Shown: positions 49,066 through 61,306, counted from the first letter of the stretch. The stretch is 64,000 nucleotides of DNA from Candidatus Poribacteria bacterium (GCA_965205025.1 CBDBFU010000016.1:23356-87355), one strand, 5' to 3'. Notes: generated by a model from the sequence alone, not told the origin. Made by a program: numbers and translations.

Positions 49066-52017
49066 ATGCAATACAACGATGCAGACCTAATTCAACAAAC
49101 CTTAGAAGGTAATCAGCAAGCATTTACTGCACTTGTTGAAAAATACCAAAAACAGATACATGCTTTGGCGTGGCAGAAGATTGGTGATTTTCACATAGCA
49201 CAAGAGATAACACAGGACGTTTTTTTAACTGCGTATCAAAAACTCGCGACACTCACACATCACAGCCAGTTTTCAGGATGGATCTATTCTATTACCAGCA
49301 ATAAATGCAAGAATTGGCTTCGAAAGAAACGATTGGCATTTCAATCCATACATTCAATAGATACTGCTGAATTAGAGGAGGTGTATTATTCAGAGTATAT
49401 GACCCGTCAACGCGAAGAGACAGCAAATCAAAAACGACGGGCAGTAGTGCAGAAGTTACTCAGTAAGCTGCAAGAGAGTGATCGCACAATCGTAAATCTA
49501 TTTTATATCGCAGAAATGACATGTGAGGATATTGGAAGGTTTTTGGGTGTATCTCCGAACACGGTCCGCAGTCGACTCTACCGCGCACGCAACCGTTTAA
49601 AGAAGGAAGAAGCGATGATTAAAGAAAACTTAAGTAGTTTCCAACTGCCAACACAATTAATAGAAAACATCATGAAGGAGATTTCACGTCTTAATCCTGT
49701 GACACCTTCAGGAAACAAACCATTAGTGCCGATAGCAGTTTCTGCAACCGCTGCAGTTTTAATCTTATTGCTGATGGGTGCTGGGATGCAATACTTAAAT
49801 CGTTTTCAGAAACCGTATAGCTTAAACGCACAATCAGAACCAACAATTGAAATAACAGATACACAACTTGTGATTGACATGCCAGCAAAACCGGCAGTGC
49901 GTAATCAGATTGGCAGCTCAAATCTTCCCGGTAAAAGTGAGAGTACGGGACAAAACCCGAACACACCACTATTCGCTGCAGCGCAAACGGATGATGCAGA
50001 AATTTCAAAATCGAACCCGCAATGGGTTCAAACAAAAGGGTCTGAAGGCGGTGTAATTAATTCACTCTTCTCAACAATGCAGGGCGACATTTTTGCAGAG
50101 ACTACTACAACTCTCTACAAACTCTCAGACAATAGAACGAGATGGAAACCTGTCAAAATATGGTATGCACCTTCACTTAGATGGACAGATTGGTCAATAG
50201 GTGGCAGACGGATGGTTGAGTCGAACGACACACTCTACATCGTCACAAATGAAGAAATTTGGGCATCCGTTGATAGAGGAGAGACATGGAGTTCACTTGG
50301 GACACATCCAGAAGGACCACCAATAGGTTTGGTAAGAACCGATACTGGGTTTTATCTTGGCATTGCTGATGGGATTTACCGATCTGAAGATGGAATGGAA
50401 CCGTGGATACCTGTAAAAGATGGAATGGAACCAGGGAAAATTAAGGCGATTGCTGCAGTGGAAAACACAGTTTTTGCGGGTACCAATAACGGACTCTATC
50501 ATCTCAAAACAGGTGTATGGAAAAAAATATCAATTAGTCAGACAGATAAGACAGAACAAAACCATGTTATTCATGCTCTGGCAGTTTCTGAAAACCAACT
50601 TTATGCAGCAGTAGGAAAAAAGTTTGAATATAGGTCGGAAAAGCAGCATCAATCAGAACTTACAAATGATTCTTGGTGGTCACTCTATCGCTCTAATGAT
50701 TTTGGCAATACATGGGATTCCATAGATCCAAGGAAAAGACCATTAAACGAGATAAGATCGAAAAGTGAAGAACCAATTAATTTTCCACCCAATGGTGTCA
50801 ATATAGCATTAAGTGCAAACCTAAAGATAAAAGCGGAAAAAGAAAAAGTTATGGTTGCTGTCCCATCAGAGTTATTCTACTCAATCGATACTGGTGAAAC
50901 ATGGAATTACTTCAGTTTAAATGATAGGTTAGGTACCAGAATTCCTCCACCTATTCTGATGTTGGATGCAAAGACTTTCTATAGAGTTGGCGAGGCAGGC
51001 ATTTATCGTACAACCGATGGATTTAAATCGTGGCATCAGCTTAATACTGGACTTGCAAGCAAAACCGTAATAACAATAGTCGCTGTTAACAACCAACTCT
51101 ACGCAAGAACAACAACTGAAGTTATAACTTCAGTTGATGGTGGTGAATCGTGGACACCGCTTCCTATTGATACTAAAAATATCTTTGTAATGGCAGGATT
51201 CAACAATGAACCATATATAAGGCAATATATGAGGAACTTAAAGAACGCACCCCCTATTCTACGTTTATCCACTGTGGACAATGAACTTACCTCTATTCCG
51301 AATATGCCTGTTTCTGAGGGATTCGATAACATTTTCCAAGAACATGTTCCGCCTTATTTAATAGAATTGGGAAGTTTCGCTGTTAGCGGTGATACCTACT
51401 ATGTGGAATCTGGCCAGAAACTATACAGATGGAAACTTGGCACATATAAATGGTACAACACAGGAGTAATGGATAAAAAGAAACTACCTGTTCGTCGTCA
51501 TTTGGTCACTATGTCTAATGATTATCCGAATGGTATTTCTTCATTTTTTCTTTCACCCGATTTAATGAGTTTTAAAATTGCAGTTTCAGGCGAAACTATT
51601 TACGTCGGCAAACGGGATGGACACCTCATGCACTCACTTGATGAAGGAGTTACTTGGAACGATCTTACTGATCATCTACCATTTTCTGTTAAAAGTTATA
51701 AATCAATAGTTTGCGCTGGGAACTTTGTCTTTGTGGCAACTGATAAAGGTGTTATTCTGTCTGGCAATGGCGTTGACTGGCACACAATCACTGATAAAGA
51801 AGGAACAACTCTTATAACAAATAAATTAGTGGTGGAGGGTATATCGGTTTACTGTGAAGCTAAGCAAAAAATTTATCAATTGAACAGGAACACGGGCATC
51901 TGGCAACCGGTTACACCGGAAATCCCATATCCTGTTTCCAGTTTTGATGTTGATAATAACACGCTTTATACTGGAACTTTTGGTGGGGGTGTTCTACGGT
52001 TCTCTCTTGATAATTAG
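49066..52017 (+). CDS. ECF sigma-TM-BNR/beta-propeller fusion 2
   Basis: sigma2/sigma4 regions, TM helix, SxDxGxxW repeats, ends LYTGTFGGGVLRFSL. Confidence 0.9.
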   Translation: MQYNDADLIQQTLEGNQQAFTALVEKYQKQIHALAWQKIGDFHIAQEITQDVFLTAYQKLATLTHHSQFSGWIYSITSNKCKNWLRKKRLAFQSIHSIDTAELEEVYYSEYMTRQREETANQKRRAVVQKLLSKLQESDRTIVNLFYIAEMTCEDIGRFLGVSPNTVRSRLYRARNRLKKEEAMIKENLSSFQLPTQLIENIMKEISRLNPVTPSGNKPLVPIAVSATAAVLILLLMGAGMQYLNRFQKPYSLNAQSEPTIEITDTQLVIDMPAKPAVRNQIGSSNLPGKSESTGQNPNTPLFAAAQTDDAEISKSNPQWVQTKGSEGGVINSLFSTMQGDIFAETTTTLYKLSDNRTRWKPVKIWYAPSLRWTDWSIGGRRMVESNDTLYIVTNEEIWASVDRGETWSSLGTHPEGPPIGLVRTDTGFYLGIADGIYRSEDGMEPWIPVKDGMEPGKIKAIAAVENTVFAGTNNGLYHLKTGVWKKISISQTDKTEQNHVIHALAVSENQLYAAVGKKFEYRSEKQHQSELTNDSWWSLYRSNDFGNTWDSIDPRKRPLNEIRSKSEEPINFPPNGVNIALSANLKIKAEKEKVMVAVPSELFYSIDTGETWNYFSLNDRLGTRIPPPILMLDAKTFYRVGEAGIYRTTDGFKSWHQLNTGLASKTVITIVAVNNQLYARTTTEVITSVDGGESWTPLPIDTKNIFVMAGFNNEPYIRQYMRNLKNAPPILRLSTVDNELTSIPNMPVSEGFDNIFQEHVPPYLIELGSFAVSGDTYYVESGQKLYRWKLGTYKWYNTGVMDKKKLPVRRHLVTMSNDYPNGISSFFLSPDLMSFKIAVSGETIYVGKRDGHLMHSLDEGVTWNDLTDHLPFSVKSYKSIVCAGNFVFVATDKGVILSGNGVDWHTITDKEGTTLITNKLVVEGISVYCEAKQKIYQLNRNTGIWQPVTPEIPYPVSSFDVDNNTLYTGTFGGGVLRFSLDN

Positions 52018-52235
52018 AATTGAGTGATGCATTTATAATGTATCCAAATTGATTCACAAAGAACGAAAATTATGCACCACTATTTCATTTATTCGTGTCA
52101 TAATATGTGCAAGTATAATTTTTAGCATATTTTACAATGTGATCTGTGCACTTACAGAACGTGTAAGAAAGTTTGCCAGATCAATCCAAACAACAAAACG
52201 ATGCGAATTCAAAACCGATTTAGAAGTAGGAAGCA

Positions 52236-54530
52236 GTGATCCAAGAAAATCTTAGCAGTTTCCAACTACCAACACAATTAACAGAAAACATTATGAAAGA
52301 AATTTCACGCCTCAATCCTGCAACGCCATCAGGAAGTAAACCTTTGGTGCCGTTAGCAGTTTCCGCTGCCTCAGCAATAATAGTTTTATTGCTGATAGGC
52401 TTTGGGACACAAAATCTAATTCGCTTTCAAAAACCGTATAGTTTAGAATCAGCATCAGAGCAAACAGTTGAAATCGTTGACACACAACTTGTCTTAGAAT
52501 CCACTGCTAAACCTGCAGTAAGCAATCAAGTTGGTCGTTCCGATGTAACCGGGAAAAATGACAGTACTGGACAAAATCCAGGTACACCATTACTCGCTGC
52601 AGCACAATCCGATGATGCAGAAATTTCAACGTCAAAAGCACAATGGGGGCAAACCAACGGTCCTTATGGGGGAGGTATTGAGGTACTTTTTGTAACTACT
52701 GAAGGTATACTTTTCGCTGGAACAGATGGCGCGGGTGTCTTCCGTTCAACGGATGGTGGTGAGTCCTGGACCCCAGTTAATACAGGGTTACACACCATAT
52801 CGGGATTCTTTAGGGATGTTACGGCATTGGCGCAAAAGAGAGATACCCTCTATGTCAATATGGTGTCAGGTTTATTTACATCAACTGATAACGGTAACAC
52901 ATGGCAGATAGTGCCGGATCCCCCTCTTGTATTAATCACAAGTATCTTAGTTATTGGTGACCGGATATATGTTGGTACCGAAAGAAGGGGTATTTGGTAT
53001 ACAGACGATAGTGTTTCATGGATACCAGTAAATGATGGATTTACAAACAATTCATTTATCTCTAAATTTGGCATTCCATCATTTTTAAAGATAAATGACT
53101 TGGCAAATATTGGTACTACCCTTGTTGTTGGAACACAAGAGAGAGGTGTGTTTCGGAAAAAAGCAACAGAGGATTCGTGGCATCCTATCAATTCTGGCTT
53201 TACTGTGCAACCTATACACCAAGAACAGACGAATAACATCCAAACTGAATCTGCATTACATTCATCTCAACAACCGCAATTGCCATCCAAAATCCGTGTT
53301 GACTCATTTGCTGTTATGGATAATCTACTTTTCGTTAGTGCAGTTTGGGATAAAGGTGGCGGACTTTTTCGATCCGATGACGAAGGGGATACCTGGACAC
53401 ACATCGCTGCAGAAGAAATAACAGATACCATCCGGACATTGGCTGTGTATGGGACAACGTTGTACGCTGGCACCTCTGACAGTGGTGTTTTTCGTTCCGA
53501 TGACAGAGGCGATTCTTGGACTGCAGTCAACAATGGATTAACGCATCGTGAGGTTTCGACATTGCTGGCAGTCAATGAAAATACGGTCTTCGCTGGTACC
53601 CAAGTCGGTGTTTTTCGCACCACAGACAGCGGGAATTCTTGGGTAGAAACCAACACAGGATTGACAAATACATCGGTATATGATTTTGAAGTTGTTGGGA
53701 ATAAGATATATGCCAACTTTTCCACTAACATTGGAGGAAAGATTGTTCGTTCAGTTGACGGTGGAGAATCGTGGCAGTCTGTAACAATGCCTATTGAGTA
53801 CAGCTGGCCCACTTTGTCCGGCTCGGATGGTGAACTCTACATCCGTGCTTATAGATATGACCCGCATGACGAAGAAGGGGGATTCGAGGGTGTTTTCCGG
53901 CTGGATGAAGAGAACAACACTTTGGTAGAACTTTTTGCCCAAACTCATTGGGATCATTCCACATGTATGGAGACAGTCGGCACCACATTTTATATCGGCA
54001 CATCGGGTGGTGTCTTCCGGTACCAGTGGGAGAAGGATTCAGCAACAACGGTTACCAATCTTGGCTTGGATGAGCATTTCATATATATGTTGTCAGTTAA
54101 TAGAAAACTGGTCTATGCAATAACTGGGGACAACGAAATTTATCGTTTACTGGGTGAAGGAAAACCGTGGGAGCGTATCCATTTAGCAGAAGATATGGTA
54201 GATGTTGATATAACGGGTATAAGGTGGGTTGGATCGGTACTCTACGTCACTTCGAATCAAGGTGTCTTCAGTTCCACCAACGGTGGCCATACATGGACAT
54301 CCATCAACGATGGCTTGGATGGAACACGTGTTTCGTCTATATGGACAGATGGCACGGATCTGTATATAGGCACAAGGCAGAGGGGTGTTTACCGATGGAT
54401 AGAAGATAAGAAGCAGTGGAAACAGTTGGGTTCACTGCGTCGTCAGGTTCTTTCGTTAGCAGTTCTTGACGGTTTCCTCTATGCTGGTACAGTGTCGCTT
54501 GGTGTGTTTCGGATTAAGATTGAGAAATAA
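52236..54530 (+). CDS. sigma-less TM-beta-propeller paralogue 3 (5'-truncated)
   Basis: Homology to the paralogues starts abruptly at about 52228 (AGGAAGCAGTGATCCAAGAAAAT), right after sigma4. In-frame GTG at 52236. Confidence 0.75.
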   Translation: MIQENLSSFQLPTQLTENIMKEISRLNPATPSGSKPLVPLAVSAASAIIVLLLIGFGTQNLIRFQKPYSLESASEQTVEIVDTQLVLESTAKPAVSNQVGRSDVTGKNDSTGQNPGTPLLAAAQSDDAEISTSKAQWGQTNGPYGGGIEVLFVTTEGILFAGTDGAGVFRSTDGGESWTPVNTGLHTISGFFRDVTALAQKRDTLYVNMVSGLFTSTDNGNTWQIVPDPPLVLITSILVIGDRIYVGTERRGIWYTDDSVSWIPVNDGFTNNSFISKFGIPSFLKINDLANIGTTLVVGTQERGVFRKKATEDSWHPINSGFTVQPIHQEQTNNIQTESALHSSQQPQLPSKIRVDSFAVMDNLLFVSAVWDKGGGLFRSDDEGDTWTHIAAEEITDTIRTLAVYGTTLYAGTSDSGVFRSDDRGDSWTAVNNGLTHREVSTLLAVNENTVFAGTQVGVFRTTDSGNSWVETNTGLTNTSVYDFEVVGNKIYANFSTNIGGKIVRSVDGGESWQSVTMPIEYSWPTLSGSDGELYIRAYRYDPHDEEGGFEGVFRLDEENNTLVELFAQTHWDHSTCMETVGTTFYIGTSGGVFRYQWEKDSATTVTNLGLDEHFIYMLSVNRKLVYAITGDNEIYRLLGEGKPWERIHLAEDMVDVDITGIRWVGSVLYVTSNQGVFSSTNGGHTWTSINDGLDGTRVSSIWTDGTDLYIGTRQRGVYRWIEDKKQWKQLGSLRRQVLSLAVLDGFLYAGTVSLGVFRIKIEK

Positions 54531-54885
54531 ACTACTTATACCATTTCTGATAATTAAGCTCACCTAAATGTAGCATAAACTTTCAGTTTGTGCAGTATTT
54601 CAAGTCCCGTATAACAACTGTTCATAAGATTAACTTTTTTAGAAATGGGATCAGATGAATATCAAAGATACATTCGTTCATACTTAAGTTATATAAATAT
54701 TAACATACGTGATTCATGGATAATTGGTATCATTAAAATTATAAACCCTTATAGAACAAGGGTTCGTAAAATTGCTCCGTGAAGGTTTCCGTGAAAGCAC
54801 AATCATCTCAGAACAATAAATATTAACACTTTTTACATTCACATTATTAAAAAAAATCACCTTTCTTCCCTCCAAATTTTCATTT
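54400..54885 (+). repeat. ~480-bp direct repeat, second copy at ~61175-61660
   Basis: The 3' end of the propeller gene plus the downstream MITE, 125-bp repeat and pre-promoter sequence are duplicated about 6.8 kb apart. Confidence 0.85.
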
Positions 54886-54965
54886 TTTTTCAGAATTATG
54901 CAATTCTTTCCTTCAAAATCGCGTCTATACATTAATAAAAGATCAATTTTCTATTGAGGTCTCAG

Positions 54966-57900
54966 ATGACATACGATGATTCTGACCTGATTCAACAAAC
55001 TTTAGAAGGTGACCAGCAAGCGTTTACTGCACTTGTTGAAAAATACCAAAAACAGATACATGCGTTGGTGTGGCAAAAAATTGGTGATTTCCACATTGCG
55101 CAAGAGATTACACAGGATGCGTTCTTTACAGCATTCAAGAAGCTCTCTACACTCACAAACCATAGTCGTTTTGCTGGGTGGCTCTATGTCATTACCAACC
55201 GAAAATGTATCGAATGGCACCGAAAGAAGTCATCACAACCACAATCGTTAGAAGCGACAGATACTGTTGAATTAGAGGAGGTGTATTATTCAGAATTTAT
55301 GACTCAACAACGCGAAGAAGCTGCAAATCAAAAACGACGTGCAATCGTTCAGAAGTTGCTCAGTAAACTACAAGAGAGTGAGCGAACAGTCGTCAATCTG
55401 TATTACATCGCAGGAATGACATGTGAAGACATTGGAAAATTCTTGGGTGTATCTCCCAATACGGTCCGGAGTCGACTACATCGTGCCCGTGAAAGGTTAA
55501 AGAAGGAGGAAGTAGTGATCCAAAAAAATCTGAGCAGTTTCCAACTACCAACACAATTAACAGAAAATATTATGAATGAAATTTCAAACCTCAATCCAGT
55601 AACGCCATCAGGAAGTAAGCCTTTAGTACCGTTAGCAGTTTCCGCTGCCTCAGCAATAATAGTTTTACTGCTGATAGGTTTTGGGGCGCAAAATCTAATT
55701 CGCTTTCAGCAACCATATAGTTTAGAATCAGCATCAGAGCAAACGATTGAAATCCTTGACGCACAACTTGTTTCCCAATCTCCAACAGAACCGGCAATTA
55801 GAAATCAATTTGGCCGGTCAGATGCAACTGGGCAAAGCAACGGTATAGGAAAAAAATCGGACACACCTCTGTTCGCTGCAGCCCAATCCGATGATGCAGA
55901 AATCTCAAAGTCAAAGCAGCAATGGGTGCAAACGAAAGGCCCAGAAGGTGGCGTGGTTACCACATTATTTACAACAACTCGCGGTGACGTATATGCAGGC
56001 GCACACAGTGGTCTTTACAGACTTACTGATGATGGACAAGCATGGAAGCTCGTTAACCGTATCAAAGATCATTCATATACTACACAATACGCTGGAAAAA
56101 CATGGTGGCCCGTAGTAGAACGGCAGGATACACTTTATCTGGCTACCAACACAGAAATTTTAGCCTCTACAGATAGAGGTGAAACATGGAAGACACTCTG
56201 TGAATGTCCAGAAAGTCAACCTATCGGCATGTTAATAACTGATGGAATTCCCGGCGCGCAAAGTGATATGACAATCTATCTCGCATACACCAACGGTGTA
56301 TTCCGCACAGATAATGCAGGTAATTCGTGGACACCGCTATCCGATGATATGACAGATAGGAAAATTCATGCAATCGCTGCAATTGAAAACACCGTTTTTG
56401 CTGGTACCGATAAAGGACTATATCGCCTTAAATCAGAGAATTGGGAACAGTTACCAGTAGACGGTAAAGTGGAAAATATTCGAGCAATGGCAAGTGCTGA
56501 ACACCGACTTTATGTTGCGGTAGGAGTGGAGGCTAAAAATCAAATAACTTCTCAATTCTTGTCATTGATGACAACTCGTAAGCCTCCCAAATCGCTATAT
56601 CGCTCTACAGATTTAGGAAAATCGTGGAAATCAATAGATCCTGAAAAAGGACCTATGAAAATGTCTGGAAAAACAAGTATTCGGTTCTCTGACAAAAATA
56701 ATTCGGAATCTACAAACACGATAAAAATAGTTGCACACCAAGATAGTCTATTATTCATTAATCGGGGTGATTCTAATTTCTCAATTGATTCTTATTGCTC
56801 AAATGATGCTGGTAATAATTGGAATATTTTGCCATTAAGTTTTTCAGATAGTGACTCACTACCCATCATCACAATGTTGAACAAAAACACATTCTACAGC
56901 AGTGGAAATGGTAGCATGTATCGCACAAACGATGCAGGTAAAACATGGAGTCAACTCAACACAAGGTTAGTGAATTCTGTAGTTATGAATTTAGTCACTG
57001 TTAATGGTACCCTTTATGGAAACATAGGATCGGAAATTGTCGCATCATCTGACAGTGGTGAATCGTGGACAAATGTACTTGGCAAAACAAGGAGCATCAA
57101 TGGCATGGTTGAATCTAATGGTGTTCTCTATGTTAAAGGTACGGAAAAAATGACACCTCGGCTTTATCACATAACTACTAAGAACAACCAGATAACTCCT
57201 GTCCCTGGAATGCCGATTTTTAAGGTTCCAGACTTTAACAAGTTGATGAACGAAAAAATCGGCCACGCATTTCTCGCCACACTTCAAGAAGAGGCTAAGG
57301 CAAATCTTGCAGCAGAAAAGAAGATAAATCCTGAACATTTTGATGCAGACAAGTTCAATGAAACCTACAATAAGATTGTACAGGAAAATCTAAATAAGTT
57401 CTTTCAATTTTCTTTTGGCAGCTTTGCTGTCAGTGGGACAACCTACTATATGGAATCCCAACAGAAACTGTTTAGATGGAAACCCGGTACCTCTGAATGG
57501 TATAACACGGGTTTAGTAGATGAAGGCGAATCAGAGCACATTAATGACGAATTTGACGATTTTGATTCTATCGGTTTCAGAATCGCTGTATCAGGAAACC
57601 TCGTTTATGTCGGTAAAAGAGATGGACGCCTCATGCTATCGCCTGATGAAGGTGACATGTGGAACGATGTCACCACAAAACTTCCATTTTCTGTTGGACG
57701 TTTCAATGATATTACTTTCACCGGACAAACCGTCTATGTGGCTACCGACAAAGGTGTTGTGCGATCAAACAATGGTATAAAATGGCACACACTCATTGAT
57801 GCAGAAGGGACATCTCTTGTTATGGATAGACTGGAGGTACATGGAACAATGGTATATGGTCAAACTGGACAAAATATCTATAAGATAAAAAGAGATGTGG

Positions 57901-58025
57901 ACACTTGGCAGCAGGTCACACCCGATATACCGTCTCATGTTCTCTGTTTTGATGTTGATGGGGACACGCTCTATGTTGGTACGGCAGGTAGAGGCGTACT
58001 CCGTTTTTCACTTAATGATGATTAA
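54966..58025 (+). CDS. ECF sigma-TM-BNR/beta-propeller fusion 4
   Basis: GAGGT RBS, sigma2/sigma4 regions, TM helix, BNR repeats, ends LYVGTAGRGVLRFSL. Confidence 0.9.
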   Translation: MTYDDSDLIQQTLEGDQQAFTALVEKYQKQIHALVWQKIGDFHIAQEITQDAFFTAFKKLSTLTNHSRFAGWLYVITNRKCIEWHRKKSSQPQSLEATDTVELEEVYYSEFMTQQREEAANQKRRAIVQKLLSKLQESERTVVNLYYIAGMTCEDIGKFLGVSPNTVRSRLHRARERLKKEEVVIQKNLSSFQLPTQLTENIMNEISNLNPVTPSGSKPLVPLAVSAASAIIVLLLIGFGAQNLIRFQQPYSLESASEQTIEILDAQLVSQSPTEPAIRNQFGRSDATGQSNGIGKKSDTPLFAAAQSDDAEISKSKQQWVQTKGPEGGVVTTLFTTTRGDVYAGAHSGLYRLTDDGQAWKLVNRIKDHSYTTQYAGKTWWPVVERQDTLYLATNTEILASTDRGETWKTLCECPESQPIGMLITDGIPGAQSDMTIYLAYTNGVFRTDNAGNSWTPLSDDMTDRKIHAIAAIENTVFAGTDKGLYRLKSENWEQLPVDGKVENIRAMASAEHRLYVAVGVEAKNQITSQFLSLMTTRKPPKSLYRSTDLGKSWKSIDPEKGPMKMSGKTSIRFSDKNNSESTNTIKIVAHQDSLLFINRGDSNFSIDSYCSNDAGNNWNILPLSFSDSDSLPIITMLNKNTFYSSGNGSMYRTNDAGKTWSQLNTRLVNSVVMNLVTVNGTLYGNIGSEIVASSDSGESWTNVLGKTRSINGMVESNGVLYVKGTEKMTPRLYHITTKNNQITPVPGMPIFKVPDFNKLMNEKIGHAFLATLQEEAKANLAAEKKINPEHFDADKFNETYNKIVQENLNKFFQFSFGSFAVSGTTYYMESQQKLFRWKPGTSEWYNTGLVDEGESEHINDEFDDFDSIGFRIAVSGNLVYVGKRDGRLMLSPDEGDMWNDVTTKLPFSVGRFNDITFTGQTVYVATDKGVVRSNNGIKWHTLIDAEGTSLVMDRLEVHGTMVYGQTGQNIYKIKRDVDTWQQVTPDIPSHVLCFDVDGDTLYVGTAGRGVLRFSLNDD

Positions 58026-58481
58026 TACTATCGCATCGTCACCTATTTATCCAGGTGATGATGCATTACCTAATACGGAAACACAGATGAGATATTTATT
58101 CATACTTTGCCTAAGTTTTTCGATTTGTTTTTTTGGGTGTGGTGAAGATCCTGATGAAAAAGCACGTTCGTAAGTCCTTACTTAAGAACTCATACCGACT
58201 AAGAGCTAAGAATTCGAAGTAAATAGGTGTCTGAAGTGGAAGAATGGCATAAAGTATCCTCTTTTCTTCCTCTATTTTACCTCATCCTTATGTTTTACTC
58301 AATATGACTTCCTAGAATAACAGGGTTATTTAGTTTTAAGTATTTTAGTCAGATTTCATCACATTTTCCCTCCAAATTTGCATTTTTCTCAAAAATATGC
58401 AATTCTACATCACAAAATCGCGTTTTTAATTACAAAGAGTTCTTTTGTTTATAATTATATTTTTTTCTATGAAGGTGTACG

Positions 58482-61306
58482 ATGAAAAACGATGATTCTG
58501 AACTAATTCAACGCACATTAGAAGGTGATCAACAAGCGTTTACTAAACTTGTGGAAAAATACCAAGAGCAGGTACACATCCTTGCATGGCAGAAAATTGG
58601 TGATTTTCACATCGCACAAGAAATTACGCAAGATGTTTTCCTCACTGCATATCAAAAATTCCATACCTTCACACACTACAGACAATTTGCAGGGTGGCTT
58701 TATGTCGTTACAAACAGAAAGTGCATTGCGTGGCACAGAAAGAAAAAAATTGAAACACAATCAATTGATGAGACAAATCCCGCTGAGTTGGAAGAGGTAT
58801 ATTTTTCAGAATATACTACCCATCAGAGGGAAGAAGCGGGAAAAGAAAGACGTCGTACAATAGTTCACAAACTGCTCAGTAAGCTACAGGAAAGTGAACG
58901 GATAGTGATGAGTCTCTATTACCTCGCTGAAATGTCATGTGAAGAAATTGCTGAGTTTTTAGGGGTGTCTCCCAATACAGTACGGAGTCGACTCCACCGC
59001 GCACGAATCCGATTAAAGAAGGAGGAAGCAGTGATCCAAGAAAATCTTAGCAGTTTTCATCTACCAACACAATTAACAGAAGACATTATGAAGGAGATTT
59101 CACGTCTCAATCCAGCAACGCCATCAGGAAATAAACCCTTAGTGCCTTTAGGAATATCCGCTGCCTCAGCAATAATAGTTTTTCTTCTGATAGGCTTTGG
59201 AACACAAAACCTAATTCAGTATCAAAAACCGTATAGTTTACAATCAGCATCAGAGCAAACGATTGAAATCGTGGACGCACCAATAGTTTTGGAATCCCCT
59301 GACACAGCAGCATTTAACAATCAAGTTGGACGTTCTGATGTTCTCAGTAACAATGATGGAACGGGGCAGAAACCGGATACACCACTACTCGCTGCAGCCC
59401 AATCTGATGATGCAGAAATCTCAAAGTCAAAAGCACAATGGGAACCAACTAACGGTCCTTATGGAGGAAATATTGAGGAACTTTTTGCCACCTCTGAAGG
59501 TATACTTTTCGCTGGAACAGATGGCGCGGGTGTCTTCCGTTCAACGAATGGTGGTGAGTCATGGACCCCAGCGAATGTCCAGTTATCTGACGAATTCGAT
59601 GATCTTGATCTAGACGTTTTGGTTTTTGCAGAAAAAAAGGGGGCAATCTACGCAAGTGTTAATGGAGATTTATATGCGTCAAATGATGACGGGAACACAT
59701 GGCAGAACGTGTTGCTTCCACACGTGCCTGTATCAGTCAGTAGTATTATGGTTATTGGTGACCGTATATATATTGGCACCATAAATTCGGGTATTTGGTA
59801 TACAGATGATAGTATTTCATGGATACCAGTAAATGATGGATTGACAAATTTACAGATAAATAATTGACAACTATCGGTACAACGCTTATTGTCGGAACAG
59901 AAATGGGTGGTGCTTTTCGGAAAAAAGCAACAGAGGATTCGTGGAATCCTATTAATTCAGGGTTTACTGTGCAACCTACTCACCAAGAACGGATTAATAA
60001 CGACCAAACTGAATCTGGATTATATTCATCTCAACGACCGCAATTGCCATCCAAAATCGGTGTTGACTCACTTGCTGTTATGGATAATCTACTTTTCGTT
60101 GGTGCAGTTTGGGATAAAGGTGGAGGACTTTTTCGATCCGATGACGAAGGGGACACCTGGACACGCATCGCTGCAGAAGAAATAACAGATAAGGTCTCAG
60201 CATTAGCTGTGTATGGGACAACGCTATACGCAGGCACTTCTGACAGTGGTGTCTTTCATTCCAATGACAAAGGTGATTCTTGGACTGCAGTCAACAATAG
60301 ATTAACATATCAAGGGGTTTCGGATTTGCTGGCAGTCAATGAAAACACTGTCTTCGTTGGTACTACTGGTGGTATTTTTCGCACCACAGACAGCGGGAAT
60401 TCTTGGGTAGAAACCAACACAGGATTGACAAATACATCAGTAGAGGAATTGGAAATCGTTGGGAATAAGATTTACGCCAACTTTTCCACTAACATTGGAG
60501 GAAAGATTGTTCATTCAGTTGACGGTGGAGAATCTTGGCAAACCGTAAAGATGCTGCGGATACCTATTGAATACAGATTGCCCACTTTGTCAGTCTCGGA
60601 TGGTGAACTCTACATTGGTGCTTTCAGATATGATTCCCGCGTGCAAGGAGGAAGAGTCGGAGGTGTTTTCCGACTCGATGAAGAGAACAACGCTCTGGTA
60701 GAACTTATTGTCCATCGTAATTTGGCGAGAAACTCATGTATTGAGGTAGTTGGTTCCACATTCTATATCGGCACTTGGGATTCCGGTGTCTTCCGATGCC
60801 AGTGGGAGAGGGGTTCGGGTCCAGAGGTTATCAATCTTGGGTTGGATGGACATTACATATCAATGTTGTCAGTGAATGGAAAAAAGGTTTATGCAATAAC
60901 TGGGAACAACGAAATTTATCGTTTACAGGATGAAGGAAAACCGTGGGAGCGTATCCATATAGCAGATATGACATATGATAATATTTCGGATATAAGGTGG
61001 GTAGGATCGGTACTCTACGTATCCACTTGGAATAAGGGAGTCTTCAGTTCCATCAACGGTGGTGATTCTTGGACACTACAAAACGATGGTTTGGATGAAA
61101 CATCTGCATCGTCAATAGGGACAGATGGCACAGAGTTGTATATAGGAACAATCAATAACGGTGTTTACCGATGGATAGAAGATAAAAAATATTGGGAACA
61201 GTTGGGTTCACTGCGTCGTCAGGTTCTTTCGTTAGCAGTTTTCGACGGTTTCCTCTATGCTGGCACAGCGTATGGTGGTGTATTTCGGATTAAGATTGAG
61301 AAATAA
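58482..61306 (+). CDS. ECF sigma-TM-BNR/beta-propeller fusion 5, single frameshift at ~59864
   Basis: ORFs 58482..59867 and 59864..61306 join by adding one T, giving collinearity with paralogue 3. Confidence 0.85.

Noticed and set aside
39817-61306. Diversity-generating retroelement or invertase shufflon behind the paralogue variation
   Set aside because: No reverse transcriptase or recombinase, differences are not adenine-specific, and all copies are in direct orientation.
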